This document shows positions 51,088 through 64,000 of a stretch of 64,000 nucleotides of DNA, one piece after another. Each line of letters begins with the position of its first letter. Within the stretch, counting starts at the first letter, position 1. Under the pieces are notes generated by a model. The model had not been told where the DNA came from, did no database searches, and saw only the letters and a program-made list of their open reading frames with translations. The translations under genes and the position numbers were made by a program. Source of the DNA: Geosiphon pyriformis uo1 (lineage: Eukaryota; Fungi; Glomeromycota); contig JAAOMT010000727.1 of the NCBI GenBank assembly GCA_016748015.1, positions 365,306 to 429,305 of the forward strand, in the 5' to 3' direction.

Positions 51088-54000
51088 TGTTATAGATTAA
51101 AGTAACAAGCTAATAGATAACAAAAAAAAACAGAATTGTAAAATAATAGAATTAATCAAAGAAAAAATTACAATAAAAGAGTAAATTAAATGAATAAAAA
51201 TTCAATATGAATAATTAGTCTTATAAAAACTACAGTTACAAATCTTTTTTGAAAATTTGAAGATAAAAAAATAGTTTGTAATTATTAATAAAATAATACT
51301 ACTGCTATTATTTTATGTTTTAACTTAGTAATTCTTAAAATCAATAACAAGTATTATTTTGCTTTTCAATTATTTTTTATTTAATAAATAATAAGGGCAA
51401 GCAATTGCTTTTTAAGCTAATTTTAATAATACAAATTAAAAAAGAGAAAAAATAAGATATGTAAATACCAACAAGTAATTTTTTATTTCAAAATGTTTAA
51501 ATACTTGAAAGTAAAAAAAAAATAAGCAATATGAAAGAAAATAATTAATAGTAAATTTTATTTTATTATTTTAATCATGTTTTTCTATAACTAAAAGATT
51601 TATTACTTATATAACTATTAAAAATAGTTAATATTCAAATTATTAATCATATTAATAATTAAATTAATAATTAATATCTAAAAATAAGATGTCTAATTAT
51701 ATAATAACTAATAAAAACTATGGTTTTTAATTATAATATCATTTTTTTCAAAAAGATTAAACTTAATGAAATCAAGTTATTTTTAAAATAATCTAATTAA
51801 AAAATTTTGTTTAATTTGAAACTGACTAGTTTGGTAAAATATTTTGTAAATAAGATATATAATAGTTGAAGTGAAATAAGTTTTATATTTAAGAAACTAA
51901 ATTTTTGTATAAAAGTTTTGGCTTTTTTAGCAATAGTCAAAACTCTTGGAACATTTAATTATATAATGTTCAAAATTTTTACTTGTATCTTTAAAGTTGT
52001 TTTTTTTATGAGCTTTATGTCTTCTATAATTTTACCAAGTCGACTATAAAGCTCTAATTATCTTCTATATAATAGGTTTTTATCTATAAACAAGATTTTT
52101 TTAATTGTTTTTCTAAGTATTTAGAAAGTAATAATATGTTTGCTATTATGTTTTTAAGCATATATTTATTAATTTTGCTATCAATTTTTTCTTTTTTAAT
52201 AATGGTTTTTTTTGGTTTAATAATAATATGTGTTTTATTATATTTAATTATAGTTGTTTGTTTTTCAATAGTCAAAATAGTATTTAAATAATTTTTGATT
52301 CAATACTTATAGAAAGTATAGAAAACATTTTGAATGTTTTAATTCAGGAAAAAATTGTTTATGTCAATTGAAGATATCTTTGTTTTAGAAATAGTGTATT
52401 TATTTATATCTGATTTTTGCTAATTATTTGAATTGGTATTATTATAACAGATAACCAATCAGGTTGTTTATAATATTTTTTGAGTTGTATACTATAAATA
52501 AAGTAATTATTAAAGATTGTTTTATATTAGTCTTGTAAGATATAAAAACTATTGTTTAAAACTTTGTTGACTATAAAGAGTCTTTTTTATTAGTTAGAAA
52601 ATTTATTACTATAGATATTGTTTTTGTCTGAGCAGTATTCTAAAACTAAGTTATAAATACTTAAAAAAAATGTTTTATAAGTTTTTTTTCTTAAATTTTT
52701 CTTAAAACTGTTTATTTTTTTAAAAGCAATTATTTATGTTCTTATTAAAAAGTCAAAAATAATATCAAGTCTTTTTTGCAAAATATCTTTGTAATTTTTT
52801 ATTGTAATTTCTTCAAAAGATATTGTTTTAATATTTGTTTTTATTGGTAGAGTTGCTATTTATTTATAGAACAAATAAAAAGATTTATAACTTGTTATAT
52901 TATAATTTATAGTTTTATAAGTAAACAAAGCTAAAAGCAGTATTTTGTCTTATAAATATGTTTTTTTACTAGTTTTGATTAAGGTTTTACATAATTTTCT
53001 ATTAAAATATTTCATTAAACTATTTGTTTAATAGTAATAAGAGAAAAAAAGTTTATAGTGTATTTTTATTTTTTTACAAAGTTTTTCAACTAGTGTATTA
53101 AGAAAAATTTTTTCTTTATCAAATAAAAATTCTTTGGAGCAGTCATAGTGATAAATAATATTTTTATATATAAAATTGGCTATGAAAACTGTTGTTTAAT
53201 CTAAAGTAGTTCTTGTTTCTATCCACTTTATAGGATAATTAGTAGCTGTAATAATATATCTGTTGTCATAAAAAGTTATTGTTAAAAGTCTAATAATATC
53301 TATATTAATTCTGTTAAATAGTTAACCAATAAAGATTGAATAAATATTTTTTTTACAATTGAATTTTTTTTTCTTTGGCAAATATTACAAGTTTTAATGT
53401 ACTTAACAATAATTTTTTCCAAAATAAACCAATAATAATAAGCAAGTGTTTTTTGAATTGTTTTTGTTTTTTTAAAATGTTTAACTAATAAGTTAGTATA
53501 CATATTATAGATCACAATTTCTTTTTTTTCAAATTCAATAACTCTTTAAAAGCAGTCAAAATTTTTTCTATTTCTTTTATATAGTTGATTTTGGTGGATC
53601 AAATAAAAATTTAATTGTTTTTGCAAATGTTTTTTTTGTTATTAAGTGTAGTTTAGTGGATATTGTCTTTTATTCAAAAATTTTATTAAGACAGAATAGT
53701 TGTTCAAGTCTATTATTGTGTTTGGTTTAAAAAAAATTACTAATAATTAATTTGGTTTGTAAAATTTGTACTATTATTAAATAATAAGTCTAAAAAAAGT
53801 ATCAATATTTTAATAATGAGCTTTTTTGTGATATTATATATCATAATTGAATTCATCTAAGTAAAGTATCCAGTAATTTATTCATTTGTGTTTCAGCTTT
53901 TTTTTTGTATAGCTAAACCAAAACTTAATAATCTATTAATACCAAAAATTTGGCACCAAAAAAATATTTATTCCAGTAATTGATAGTTTATACTACTATT

Positions 54001-57000
54001 AAGCATTTCTGTTTAGTAACTCAGTAGTTTTGCTTTGTTAAAAAAAATAATTGACTAGTATAAGCTATAATATGTTTTTTGCTATCTTTATTTTTTTGAA
54101 AGAAAACAGCTCTAAGTTTAAAGCCAGATACATCAATATAAAAAATAAAAAATTAATTTAGATTAAGTTATATAAAAATAAGTTTTATAACTAATTTTTC
54201 TTTCAAAGTTTTAAAAATTTTTTGCTAATATATGTTCCAGTAAAAATTAACAGTTTTTTTAAATAGCTAATTAAGAAGAAAAACAATTTTAGAGAAATTT
54301 TTAACAAATTTTTAATAACAAAAAACCAAACTAAAGAAAAAGTGTAATTAATAAATATTTATTAGTTATTTACTTTTTCAATCTTGGCTGGATCAAAAAA
54401 AATTTCATTTTTTGTGATAAAATAACTAAAAAATTAGATAAATTGTTATTCAAAAAAAGATTTAATTGAATTGATCTTAAGACCAATATTTTTGAAAAGA
54501 ACAAAAACTTTTTGCAAATGTTTAAGATATTTATTTCAAATTTTTAAATATATTATTATATTATCTAAGTAAACTAAAACAAAATTTTTTTTTATTAATT
54601 CAAATACTTTGTTTATTAAGCATTGAAAGATAGAAAGAATATTAATAAGATCAAAAAATATGACTATAAATTTATAAATGCTATATTTACTAATAAAAGA
54701 AGTTTTTTTTCTGCTTTTTAAATTTATTTTTACTTGTCAAAATTTAGCAGTTAGATTAATAGTTGAAAGAAAAACAATATTATTGAATTGGTTTAGTATT
54801 ATATTAATCTTAGAAAATAGGTATATGTTTCTTTTAGTAATAATATTTAATTAGTAATAGTTAATACAGAAGTATAAAATTCTATCTTTTTTGAATATTA
54901 TTATAACTAAAAAAACTTATTTATTTTTGGTTTTTTGTATAAATTCAAGATTTTTCATTCAGTTTATTTTTTTCTTGATAAATTTATTATTGTGATAATT
55001 AAACTAATAAGACTTTAAATAAATAGAGCAAATTTTTCTGATAGTAATAGTGCATTGTATTATATGAATATATTTAGAGATATTATTTTTTTTAAGATAA
55101 CTAAATTATTTTTAGCCAGCAAATTTTTAATGTTAATTTTTTTTTGGGAGAAAATTCTTTTTGTTTTACTATAATTAACTAAATTTCTGATGATTTATTC
55201 TCAAAGAATTTTTGTACTTTTTTTATTTTTTCTCTTAGTATTAAGCTAATTGGTTCTTAATTTTTGTAATAGATTAGACAAAATTTGCATTTATTACTAG
55301 AAAAATACAATAATTTATTGTACTAGTACTAAATACAAGAATTATATTATTAATAACTATATTTGGCTTTTTTGCCAGACTTTTTATCAAAAATTTTTCT
55401 ATGAATATTATATTAGAACTAGTAAATTAGCTTTTTATTTACAATAATTTTTTTTTTGTTAGCTTTAATATTTTCTAATAACTTGTTATTATTAATAAAA
55501 ATAATATAGGCAAGTTCAATAGTTTTTTCTTGTTTTTTTTTATTTTTTTATTATTATCTTTATTATCTGATTTATTTAATTGTTTTTCTTCTTGGTTCTG
55601 CTTAAATACTAAAGGAGTAATCTAATAATAATACTTAACCACAATGAATTTTTCACTATATCTGATAGTTAATTCACAAAGTTTATAATTAAGCAAAGCT
55701 TTTGCTTTCTTGAATCATTTATTGTTAACAATAATAATATATTCTTTTGCTTTAAAAACTTCTATATTAGTTTTAATGCTAATATTATTGATATGAACAA
55801 GAATAATTTTGATTATGCCAAGATTTTTTTTTTATCACTATGTATATTAGTCATAAACTGAATTGAAGATTCATTAATCTTTTTTTCAATTGCTTCAAAA
55901 AAGTGTTTGGCAATAACACTAACAGACAATTTACTATCTAAGATTAAATCAATAAAATAACCAGCTACTTGGACTTTGCAAATCAGAAAAATAATATTAC
56001 TATTATTAATAAGTCTAGCTTGACAAGAATATTTGTTGATTTTGGTGTTTTTTTTTGAAATTAAAAATTTGCAAAAATATTTTCTGAATTGTAAATAAGT
56101 TATTGCCTGGTTAAAAATAATGTAAACTGAAGTTTTTATAAAATTTTTAACAATAAAACAGTGACCAGATTTTTGTACTATCTTTAAGGATTTTAATTTT
56201 GAAAAATTCTTAAAAACTTTAGTTTTTGGTAATTTATTGTTATTAAAAGTAGAAGTTGAAGCTTTATTGAGGTTTAAAACGAAATCAACTTTGGTTTTCT
56301 TCTTTTTTCTTATAAATTCAGAGAAATTGATGACTAATTCATCTATATTATAATTATTATCAATTAAATTAAAAGCATAAAAGAAGTTTTTTTGTGGTTG
56401 GCTTGTATTTTTATTCTTTAAAGATGTGCCTACTAGTTTAAAAGCTAATAAATAGTGGTTTTAATTAAAAGATCCTCTTCAAAAAAATTAATGTTGATAT
56501 GATTAAATTTTTAATTAAAAGCATTATTGTTAATAATTCTGTTGTTTTAATTATTATTGTTTCTAGAAATTAGAAAAGACAAAAAAAGATTGTTGTAATC
56601 TCTGGAGAAATGTTTAAACAATTTACAATAATAACATATAAATAGATCATAATTTTGTTGTCTTTAAAAAAAAATTGCTAAAGCTAATTAAAATGGGATT
56701 TAAATCTAAGTCTTTGGAGTTGTTAATTTTCTTTGACTGCTTGAACTAAAAATTCTAGTAACTGAACAAAATTGGCTGTAAGTTTATCTATTAATTGTTT
56801 ATTAAGATCTTGAATTTGAATAGCAAAAGAAGTTATAGCTATTTAAGAAGTAGAAACCAATACAAAAGCAAAAACAAAATTAAAAGAGTGAATTCTAAAT
56901 ATATTTTTTGGTTATTTTCAATTTTTTGAACAAGTTTAATAGTTATATCTATAATAAAATTATTTTTTAAAGCCAAAAAAAACCAAAAAATATATAATAG

Positions 57001-58044
57001 ATTAGTTTTTAATCTTTTTGTAAAGAAGTAAATTTTTTGTTTTTCTGTTCAGTTTTTTTCAAAATTTATCTATTTAATAAGCTTTCTAATTGTTTTGGTA
57101 TATTTAGTTATAACTTTACCAAGGTTTTAAGTTTTTTTTTTAATTTTATATGCCATTTAGAAATTAAAATAGAAGTTCTGAATTTGTTTTCGAATCAAAT
57201 AATAAAAGAGGTATTTTTTTTCAAGTATTTATTAATATCTATTTAATAATTTTTTGGTAAGTATTAGTATTAGTTTTTTGTAAAAACCAAGTAGCAAAAA
57301 AGTTTTGGAAATAGTGACCAATGATTTAAAACTTGTATTTTATATTATATTGATTAGCAGTAGCTGCTTTTTTAAAATTATCTAACCATTCAATTGAATT
57401 TTGAATATCACTATTAAATAATAGTAATAAGATGTTGTTTTTTTATTTTAGAGCAATTTGTATATCTTAAAAAACAGCCAATATATTTGTTTGCATAAAG
57501 TCAGCAGCTATTAGTTCAAAAATAGCTGTTTATATGGAATAATTTATTTCAAATATTTAAAATTAGGAGACTGTTGGTTAAAAGTTGTTGAATATAAAAG
57601 TTGATTAATGTAATTGTTTTTTTCTTAAAAATTTTTTCCAAAGTAAGCTTAATTAAAGAAATAAATTGTATAAACTATATAGATTTTAGTTAAATATTTA
57701 TTTAAGAATCAGTTCTAAAAATCTTGGAATTATTTGCAGAATTGTTTTTTAACAAAAAAGCAAATTAAGCAAAAAGACAAAAGATTAAGTTTTATAAAAT
57801 TTAGGTCATTTTTATTGTGTATTACAAAGTGTTTTTCTGATTATTATGACAGGTATAAATAATTATTCATATAATAAGAAACAAAATAATTTTTAACAAT
57901 TTCATAAAAAGTATTACTTTTATGTTATAGATTGGAATAATAAACTAACAAATAGCAAAAAAAAACAGAATTATAAGGTAATAAAATTAATCAAAGAAAA
58001 AATTACAATAAGAGTGTGAATTGAATAAATAAAAATTTAATGTA
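51088..58044 (-). mobile_element. Gypsy family A, copy 2: near full length and extremely AT-decayed (3' LTR 51088-51738; 5' LTR remnant 57923-58044)
   Basis: Colinear with 1-4240 in reverse (ORF 53300-53515 matches the A1 integrase; 52084-52275 matches ORF3). Also has a protease region and a gag zinc-knuckle remnant CYYCKLFKHFSRDY near 56590-56640. Confidence 0.88.
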
Positions 58045-60149
58045 CATTATTAAAAATAAATACAAATATAATTATAAATGAAAAAAACTATTTTATTTAA
58101 CATGTATTTACATATTTATTCAGGTTATTTTAAAAAAACAATAATTATATAATATATAATTAGTTATTATTATTGATTCAAAATAAATACAAATATAATT
58201 AATATATAAAAAATTGTAATTTATACTATTACTAAGAAAAAAACATGAATTTAGAAATTTTTCAGCAATAACAATGCTTTTTTTTAACAATATATATGAT
58301 TATATATATATAGTTATATAAATTATTTCAGTAATTTAAAGAGTAAAAAAGTATTAAACAGATTCTTAAATAAAAAAAATGTTGTTATTACTATTTATTT
58401 TTGGATAAAAACTAATTTTAGTGTAAGTTTTATAAAAAAAATAATTAAATTCACATTTATAATACAAAAAACAAATTATAACCAAAAAATAAACTATTTA
58501 ATCAAAGTATAATATAAATTTTTTCAAAAATTGTTAAAAAAATATGGTGTTTATAAATTTGTTTTTAAAAGTAAAAATAAAAAAATATAATTAAAATATT
58601 TATTTAAATAAAATATGATTATTAAAGATTTAATTATTAATAATATAATACTTTTTATTACTTAATTAACACTATAATAAAGACAAAGTCAAATAATAAA
58701 ACTAATAACTTATTTAGTAAAATAAGGTATAACATAAAATATTAATAATATATAATAAAAGATTGAAAAATAATAATAAATATATAATATATTTTAAATA
58801 GTATTTTAGAGCTTGAAAAAAAGAAAAAAAAGATATATATAAAAAAATAACTATGTTTACTATAAAATTATAAAAAAAATTAGTTTAATATAAATTTAAT
58901 ACTTTTTTTGATTTATAGAAACTATATATATAGTTAAATCATATAAAATTTTTATATTATATTAAGATTATTTTAAGTATATTTATTATTTATATATTTT
59001 AATTAATTAATTTAGTTGTAAACTTGCTCAACATATTATTTTACTTAAAATTAGTAATTTAAATAATTAAATTTAAAATTATAATTGTATATTATTAATA
59101 TTAATTATAATTATAATTAATATAATCAAATATAAATCAATTAATTATATTTTTTAATAGCTATTTTAAATAATAATTGCAAATTTGGAATATTAAACTA
59201 TATTAATAGAAATATATAAAAATTTTAGAGCATAATAAAGCCTGATTATTAAATTATATATATTAATCTTTAATTTTTATTGGTGTTTTTTAGTTTGTTA
59301 AAATTTTTTTGTATCTAATTTAATTAAACAACTAGATTATATTATGTTTTTTGTTGTTATTAAAATAATTGTTAATCTTTTATTTTTATTTGCTGATATA
59401 TTTTGTTAATTAAATATAATAATATAGGCTTTTTTTGCATAACTTTAATGATAATATTTACAATATATGTTGTAATTTTTGTATTAAAAAACTACAAAAC
59501 TTTTTGATAATAATGTTAATAAAAAAATAAAACAAAAACAATTAAATTATTAAAACTAATAAAAGTTAGATAGCTATTTAATAGAATTAGAATTAATTTA
59601 ATTAGATATTATTAATTATAAAAAACAATTATTATATTATAATAACAGTAAACTATTTTATTAAATAATAGAAAACTAAAGCCATTAAAATAATTAATGC
59701 TATTTTAATAACTTAATTTGTATATAAAAACTTAATTTGCTAACAGAAATTTTTATATAAATTGCTATTAAATTAAGATATATATTTTGTAAATATTATA
59801 TTAAAAATACTTAACTAAAAAATTTAAAATTAAATAATCACTATTATTATTATATTATTTACAAACAAATAAATTAATTAAATAGTTTAATTATATACTA
59901 TATAAATTACTGGTCAAAATTAACAATAAACATAAAAAAAATAAGATTATTTATATTAATAATACTATTAACATATAAAATATTAAAACAAAATACTATA
60001 TAATTTATATTATTTAAATTAGTTTATAAATTTCGTTGAATAGATAATTTTTAATAAGCAATATTTTGTTTAGAGTGATTTAAAGTATTTAAAAAACATT
60101 TTTAAGTTTATTAATTAAAAAAATTCTCAATTGCAAAAGATGTGGTTAA

Positions 60150-60600
60150 AATCTGAATTAATTAAGTCTATTTTTCAAAGATAGATCTGTTTATTATTAA
60201 TAGTTTTTGAAATTGCATGTTGTTTAAGATTTTTTTGTCATAATGTTGTTAAAATTGTTTTTGGTGAAATATCTGCATTTAACATTTGTGAAACTAATAC
60301 TTTCTGTTTAGATTTAAGTCATCAAGCAGTAGAATGTTCAACAATATTATCAGATAACTTATAATTATGTTCAGTATTACAAACTGTTAAATACCAGCAT
60401 TTATTAGCTTTAAGTACTCATCTATATACAATAAAAGAGCAGTTTGTTAATCAAGTTGCTGTTTTTTGTTGTTAATCTTTTAATACAAGTCTTTTAGAAA
60501 CATTATATTTATTTCTTCTATCAAATTTGAAAGTAATATGAGTACCATTAACAGAAAAGCATTGTTTTGTAACTATATATCCTTGGAAGTATGTAAAGAT
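60150..60600 (-). mobile_element. Mutator-like (MULE/FAR1-type) transposase N-terminal relic
   Basis: GYIVTK...FDRRNKY...T*LTNCSF...WYLTVCNTEHNYKL...VSQML..DISPKTILTTL resembles the FAR1/WRKY-like DNA-binding region. Stops and a frameshift. Confidence 0.55.
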
Positions 60601-61164
60601 ATTAAGACTTTGTATTATCATCTCACAAGAGCTATATGATGTTTTTGGAGATAATAGCATTATATAAAAAGATGTAATTACTAATAAAATCAAAAGAAAA
60701 CTTATTAAATTTATTCTAGAATTTTTTGATTATAAACTTGTTAATATGTTTTTATACATAGTTGAATATAAAACTATGATGTAAATAATATCACATGTTA
60801 GGAGTGAGTCGATTTAGCAAAAAAAGTGGGTTGATTTAGCAATTTCTTAACTATAACATTATTTTCAATTTACCATTTATAAAATGTGTACAATTTTATA
60901 TTTAAAGAACTATTAAATAAATTACAAAAAAAGTTAAAAAATTTAATAATAATTATTAATTAGTTAAATATCTAGTTTAACTACTAAAATAAACAGTTTT
61001 TTTGCTTATTTTAACTTATTAAAAATGTTAAAATTAAAATAGTTTAATAACAATAATGAAAAAAATTAACCCAAAAAACACACAAAAGTAATATTGGTTT
61101 TAATTTTAAATTTTTGTTGTATTAACATTAAAATTTTATATGGTTCAAATAGTTTTATAATCTA

Positions 61165-61759
61165 CATTTGGCGGAAAAAAGTCATGAGACACTTTACATT
61201 TTTATTATTTTGTGTTCCATAAATGATAAAAATATCTAGAAAAATTTATTTATAACTATATTAGCTATCTATAAATAGTAAAGCATGAATTAAAATAACA
61301 ATTATTAATCAAAACAAAGATATAATTAACAATATTTAATTCGCATTTTTTTTATTAACATAAAATTTTTCGGGATTTTTTTTGATAAACATGAATATTT
61401 AAAAATCCAAAGTTCAATGTTAAGACTTGGATGGCTCAAAAACATCTCAATTTACTTTCTAAATGGCCGGCACAATCACCCGATTTGAATCCAATAGAGC
61501 ATTTATGGGATTATTTACAAAAACAATTCAAAAAACCGAAATCCGCGCCCCGAAAATAATCACAAATTATTCCTCGCGTTAAAAGAAGAATGGCAAGCAA
61601 TTCCACGAAATATCTATATAAATTTGGTTACTAGTATATCTAGACGTATTGAAGAATGTATTAGAAAGGAGGGTGGACCAACTAGTTATTGAGTTTTAAA
61701 TAAAATAAAAAGTTATTAAAGAAATAGTAAAGTGTCCCATGACTTTTTTCCGCCGAGTG
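61165..61759 (+). mobile_element. Internally deleted Tc1/IS630-type DNA transposon (595 bp)
   Basis: 33-bp TIRs CA(T/C)T(T/C)GGCGGAAAAAAGTCATG(A/G)GACACTTTAC with TA on both sides. Transposase C-terminus WPAQSPDLNPIEHLW...EEW..I...LV.S..RR...CI...GGPTSY at about 61410-61692. Confidence 0.92.
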
Positions 61760-64000
61760 TATATATAAGATTTTTAATATGGCCAATTAGCTTTTATTAA
61801 TTAACTTGTTGTTTAAAAATAAGCTTTTTGTAACAATTTTGGAATTTATATTGGAGTTTCTTTAAAAAAAACTGATGAAAACAAATAAAGTTAACTTTTT
61901 AATAGCTAAATTGTAAATAAAAGTTTATTGTGGTTTTAAACAGCAATTTTAATAAAAATAGCTTTAAAAAATGAGCTTGTTTTGAGAAATATTTGAATTT
62001 AGGCTTAATCAATTTTTTGTCAAGTAATTATATATAAATTAAATATTTTAACTTAAAAGAATTTAAAAGAAGTAAAGAAGGTAATTAATTATATTTTGTT
62101 AATACATTAGCCAATCAAAAAATACTAAGTTAAAATTTTTTAATATTAATTATTAAATTGTTTCTGTTTTAATTATTTCAAATAACTTTTTAAATGTTTA
62201 GTTTGCTGCTTTATTATAGCAAACAATTTTAAGAATACAAATAAATTTAAGTAAGATTATTTTAGAACATTTTATTATTAAAAAAAGTGTGGTGATTTTA
62301 AAAAAACGGAGATTTGAATATAATATGGACTTTTATTTAAAAAATTATGTATTTTTTAATTAATAATATGATAAATATAAGTTTTAATTTTGACAATATT
62401 AGGCCTGTTTTGTTTAAAATGAGAAAGTTTTATCAAATATTTATGTTTTGCAAATCTTAAATAGCAGAAAAATTTAAAATTAGGTCTATTATTGCCAAAT
62501 ATATAAATAATTTTACTTATAATAGAAATTTTATAATTAAAAATGTTTTGAAATACCTATTATATAATATTGTCTGATTTTTAATAATAAATTAGTTAAT
62601 AATAAAACTGATAATTTTTTTAATATACAAATAAATTTTGAAAGCATTATAATAAGTTTGTTAGAATTTTTAAGTGCATATTTGTTTAACAAGTCTGTAT
62701 TAAAAGCTTGAAAAAAAGTCTGATATCTTAATTAAATAGAGTAAAATTATTTAAAAAACAGTTTGATTAAAATTAAACGATTGTTACAAATAGACTTATT
62801 GAGTTATGTTCTATAATTTAGCGCTGTAATTTCATAATATTGTTATGGGTGACACTTTTACTTTTTAGTTTTACTTATTTTTTTAGTATAGTTAGTTACA
62901 TGTATTTTAAAAAAATAATAAACTTTATAATCTTAAGATACCAACTTATCCCTGATAAAATTTTTGCATATATTATATTTAATGAAGACTATGAATTTTT
63001 TTTGTAATTAGCTGAAAAAACTTTTATCATATCGATAAGCCTAAAAATAATTTGAAAATAAAAAAAGGATTTTCTAATCCACTTTTTCGTTAAAAATTTA
63101 ATATGAAAACATAAAACAAACCTCCTTTTTAAAATTTAATGGAAAGCCAATAAAAATTGCCACTTTTTTAAAAAATAATTTTTCATGAGGTTTTCTATGA
63201 CAACTTTTCTTTATTTCATTAACTTGTGTTTAAGAGATAAAAACACTAATGTGATATATGCCAAAAAACGTTTGATAATTAATTTTATGACATATAATGC
63301 ATGTTTTGTACATTTATAAAATAATTTTCAAATCTAAATTGTTTACCGAAATTTATTTTTTAAAGAATATTTCTTGATTTCACTTTTTTTTTGAATGGAA
63401 ATTAAAATAAATAGAAAATAAGGCTTTTAAGGCCTGAATTAATTTACTGCTCATTCTTGAATTCCATCCTGTACCTAAAGTTTCTCCTTATTAGAGAGTT
63501 AAATGCTTGCTTCCCTTATTCATTAAAGAGTTTTGAAGTCTTTATTTTTCAAATTTACTAAGCAAAACAATCAAGAAGTGTTCAAAATATGAATTTAAAC
63601 GTACTGAGCTATAAAAATAATAATCTAGAAGGAAGTTGAATTAGACTTATGTACACATTCTGGAAAATTCTTTTACTGAACTTAAGCTATTCTTTATCAA
63701 TGGAATCAAAATATTTTAGGGTCAAAGAACAGTTCCCTCTCTGAAATTTGATAGCCCCAAACATGTCAAATAGGTAATATTGTAAAAAAGATAATGGTTA
63801 AAAGTTGGTTTGAAACTAAGCTATTTGCAAATTGTATCAATAAATATACAGTACTAATTAAATAATGAGATAAATGATCAAGCTGAGGGAAAGTTAACCT
63901 CGATGATATCATCAAAGTGGTAGGGAAAAATACTAGCCTTGGAATTCTTCAAAAATTATTCTATCTTCATTTCAGGCTCTTCATCGATCCTCAAATTATG

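Noticed and set aside
63700-64000. GC-richer coding-like sequence at the window end
   Set aside because: Truncated by the window edge; no identifiable motif or reliable frame.

Overview
Eukaryotic, very AT-rich fungal-type DNA. The repeat families and intron style resemble Glomeromycotina (e.g. Geosiphon/Ambispora) from recall; this was not verified. A small gene island at about 7-15 kb holds an intronless alpha-SNAP-like gene with an extra N-terminal membrane module, a 3-exon secreted class 3 lipase, and two doubtful or degraded genes. The rest is nested transposable elements. Ty3/Gypsy family A occurs twice (1-4240 +, and a heavily decayed copy at 51088-58044 -). A full-length LINE with an RNase H domain and a 9-bp target-site duplication (TSD) lies at 20596-27515 (-), with a decayed relic of the same family at 4245-5875. 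A three-level Gypsy nest runs relic D <- element B <- element C. A MULE relic and an internally deleted Tc1-like element lie near 60-62 kb. Most notable: (1) three distinct Gypsy families put integrase in a separate ATG-initiated ORF after a 61-67 nt A/C-rich spacer, carry a non-env 3' ORF, and have TGTTA termini, with 4-bp TSDs where both flanks are visible (Ginger-like traits); B and C also carry a dUTPase and an unrecognised Cys-rich domain. (2) The 18-kb insertion 31555-49581 is bounded by two inverted U3 LTR ends with a perfect CTGT TSD. (3) The nested guest C has LTRs about 4-fold more diverged than those of its host B. (4) Repeats decay almost solely by C>T/G>A transitions, many outside CpG.
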